From Micrococcales bacterium (GTDB lineage: Bacteria; Actinomycetota; Actinomycetes; Actinomycetales; Dermatophilaceae): DNA of 37,413 nt. The notes beneath the pieces were generated by a model. That model was not told where the DNA came from. It did not search any database and worked only from the letters and a program-made list of their open reading frames with translations. Shown one piece after another: positions 35,820 through 37,413 of the stretch. Made by a program: the position numbers and the translations under genes. Location of the stretch: assembly GCA_014763705.1 (NCBI GenBank), contig JACXUW010000001.1, positions 1-37,413 on the forward strand. The letters run 5' to 3'. How positions within the stretch are numbered: position 1 is the first letter of the stretch; each line of letters begins with the position of its first letter.

Positions 35820-37413
35820 TCAGGTGGTGGCCACGAGGTGGAGCAGGAAGCCCTGGGCCGGCGCGAGGTTCGGCAGCGGCAGCCCGTCGGTGCCGAGGAC
35901 CCGCCCCGACACGACGACGCCGTCGCCACGGGCCGCCTCGAACCACGCCGGCCCGCGGACCTCGACGACCTCCGGCAGCCCGGCCTCCGGGCGCACGCGC
36001 ACCCGGTAGCGGCGCTCCGGGTCCAGGCCCGGCAGCGGCACCAGCCCCGGCGTCACGCCGGCGCCGCTGGCGACCCGGGCGACCGTGAGCACGGCCGCGG
36101 ACCGGTCCGCGGCGACGACGCCCACGATGACGAGCGAAGGGTCCGGGTGGTCCGAGCGGACGACGTCGCCCGAGTGCACGAGGGGCCGCAGTTCGCGGTA
36201 GAGCCCGGCCCAGGCGCGCAGCGCCTCGAGCTCCTCGTCGCTGCACGTCGTCACGTCCCACTCCAGGCCCGCGTGCCCGCCGAGGGCGACGAGCATCCGG
36301 AAGGAGAGGTCGAGGTCGCGGTGCGTCGTGTGGGCTCGCGGCGGGCCGACGTGCGTCCCCATCCGCTCGGGTCCGACGAGCAGGCCGGTCCACCGTTGGA
36401 GGGCCACCCGCTCGAGGGCGTCGTTGCAGTCCGAGGTCCACACCCGGTCGGTGCGGGCGAGGACCCCGAGGTCGACCCGCGCGCCACCGCTCGAGCACGA
36501 CTCGATCTCCAGTCCGGGGTGCCGGGCGCGCAGCGCGTCGAGCAGCCGGTAGGTGGCGCGGGTCTGCGCGGCGACGGCCGGTCGGTCGGTGCCCGAGGCG
36601 TCCGACCGCACCGCCTCGTGGAGGTCGCGGTTGTGGTCCCACTTGACGAAGTCGACGCCCACCTCGCCGATGACGGCGCTCATCGCCTCGAGCACGTGGT
36701 CGAACGCCGCCGGGTTCGCGAGGTCGAGGACGCGCTGGTGCCGCGACGGCAGGGGCGGGCCGGCGACCGGACCGAGCACCCAGTCGGGGTGGGCCCGGAC
36801 GAGGTCGGAGTCGAGGTTGACCATCTCGGGCTCGAACCAGAGCCCGAACTCCATGCCCAGGCCCTTGACGTGCTCGACGAGGGGACGCAGGCCGTCCGGC
36901 CACACCTGCGGGGACACCTGCCAGTCCCCCAGCCCGCGGGTGTCGTCGCGCCGGGCCCCGAACCAGCCGTCGTCGAGGACGAACCGCTCGACCCCGATGG
37001 ACGCCGCGGTGTCCGCGAGGCGCCGCAGGTGCTCGAGGTCGGTCTCGAAGTAGACCGCCTCCCACGTGTTGAGGACGAGCGGGCGCGGGCGGGCGCTGCG
37101 CCGGTCCGGGTCCGCCCGCTGGTGGCGCAGCAGCCGGTTGGTCACGCCGTCGAGGCCCTCCGCGGACCAGACCGCCACGACGTCGGGTGCCGTGTACGTC
37201 TCCCCCGCGGCCAGCCGGACCTCACCGGGGGACAGCGCCTCGCCACCCCCGATGACCGCGGCGTGGGCGCCGGCGCCCTCGGGAAGCCGCTCGAGCAGGT
37301 GCTCGTGGTTCCCGCTCCAGGCGACGTGGACCGACCACACCTCGCCGTGGCGGAACCCGAACCCGGCGGTTCCGGCGGTGAGCAGGAGCGGCGCGTCGTG
37401 GCCGGTGCGGCCA
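35820..37413 (-). CDS. alpha-galactosidase GH36 (5' end outside window)
   Basis: LNTWEAVYF, FVLDDGWF, FGLWFEPEMVN, KWDHNR, ESCSSGGAR, WTSDCND; the frame stays open to the window edge. Confidence 0.95.
   Translation of the reverse strand, partial: GRTGHDAPLLLTAGTAGFGFRHGEVWSVHVAWSGNHEHLLERLPEGAGAHAAVIGGGEALSPGEVRLAAGETYTAPDVVAVWSAEGLDGVTNRLLRHQRADPDRRSARPRPLVLNTWEAVYFETDLEHLRRLADTAASIGVERFVLDDGWFGARRDDTRGLGDWQVSPQVWPDGLRPLVEHVKGLGMEFGLWFEPEMVNLDSDLVRAHPDWVLGPVAGPPLPSRHQRVLDLANPAAFDHVLEAMSAVIGEVGVDFVKWDHNRDLHEAVRSDASGTDRPAVAAQTRATYRLLDALRARHPGLEIESCSSGGARVDLGVLARTDRVWTSDCNDALERVALQRWTGLLVGPERMGTHVGPPRAHTTHRDLDLSFRMLVALGGHAGLEWDVTTCSDEELEALRAWAGLYRELRPLVHSGDVVRSDHPDPSLVIVGVVAADRSAAVLTVARVASGAGVTPGLVPLPGLDPERRYRVRVRPEAGLPEVVEVRGPAWFEAARGDGVVVSGRVLGTDGLPLPNLAPAQGFLLHLVATT

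Noticed and set aside
1-37413. CRISPR arrays, IS/integrase genes, RiPP precursor for the HDO
   Set aside because: No regularly spaced repeats, no transposase or integrase motifs, and no credible precursor ORF next to the HDO were seen.

Overview
High-GC (about 70-75%) actinobacterial chromosomal segment, gene-dense, with no CRISPR, rRNA, tRNA or mobile element that I can support. Left to right: (1) about 170 nt of lower-GC, foreign-looking DNA that cuts off a gamma-glutamyltransferase gene. (2) A minus-strand operon of a heme-oxygenase-like diiron enzyme (PqqC/CADD/TenA fold), two Rieske ferredoxins, a ferredoxin reductase, an aldehyde dehydrogenase and the GGT; nearby are a YoaK membrane protein, an Ldh_2 dehydrogenase, a His-rich small protein and an orphan permease. 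(3) Gluconate genes (SDR, gntK, gntP). (4) A complete arcDABC arginine deiminase operon. (5) A sulfur module: a CstB-like persulfide dioxygenase-rhodanese divergent from ArsR, a 4Fe-4S/NrfD fusion, a Tat-less molybdoenzyme, a TorD chaperone, DsrE2 and TusA, with a 12-2-12 operator between the two arms. (6) kup and a RibD_C-YCII-ECF42 sigma operon. (7) A ROK repressor with twin operators divergent from ybiU and DUF3500. (8) GH13, a UBP zinc finger and a partial GH36. The best candidates for undescribed systems are the diiron oxygenase/double-Rieske/GGT pathway and the persulfide-linked cytoplasmic molybdoenzyme complex. Family assignments come from motif recognition by eye, not database searches.
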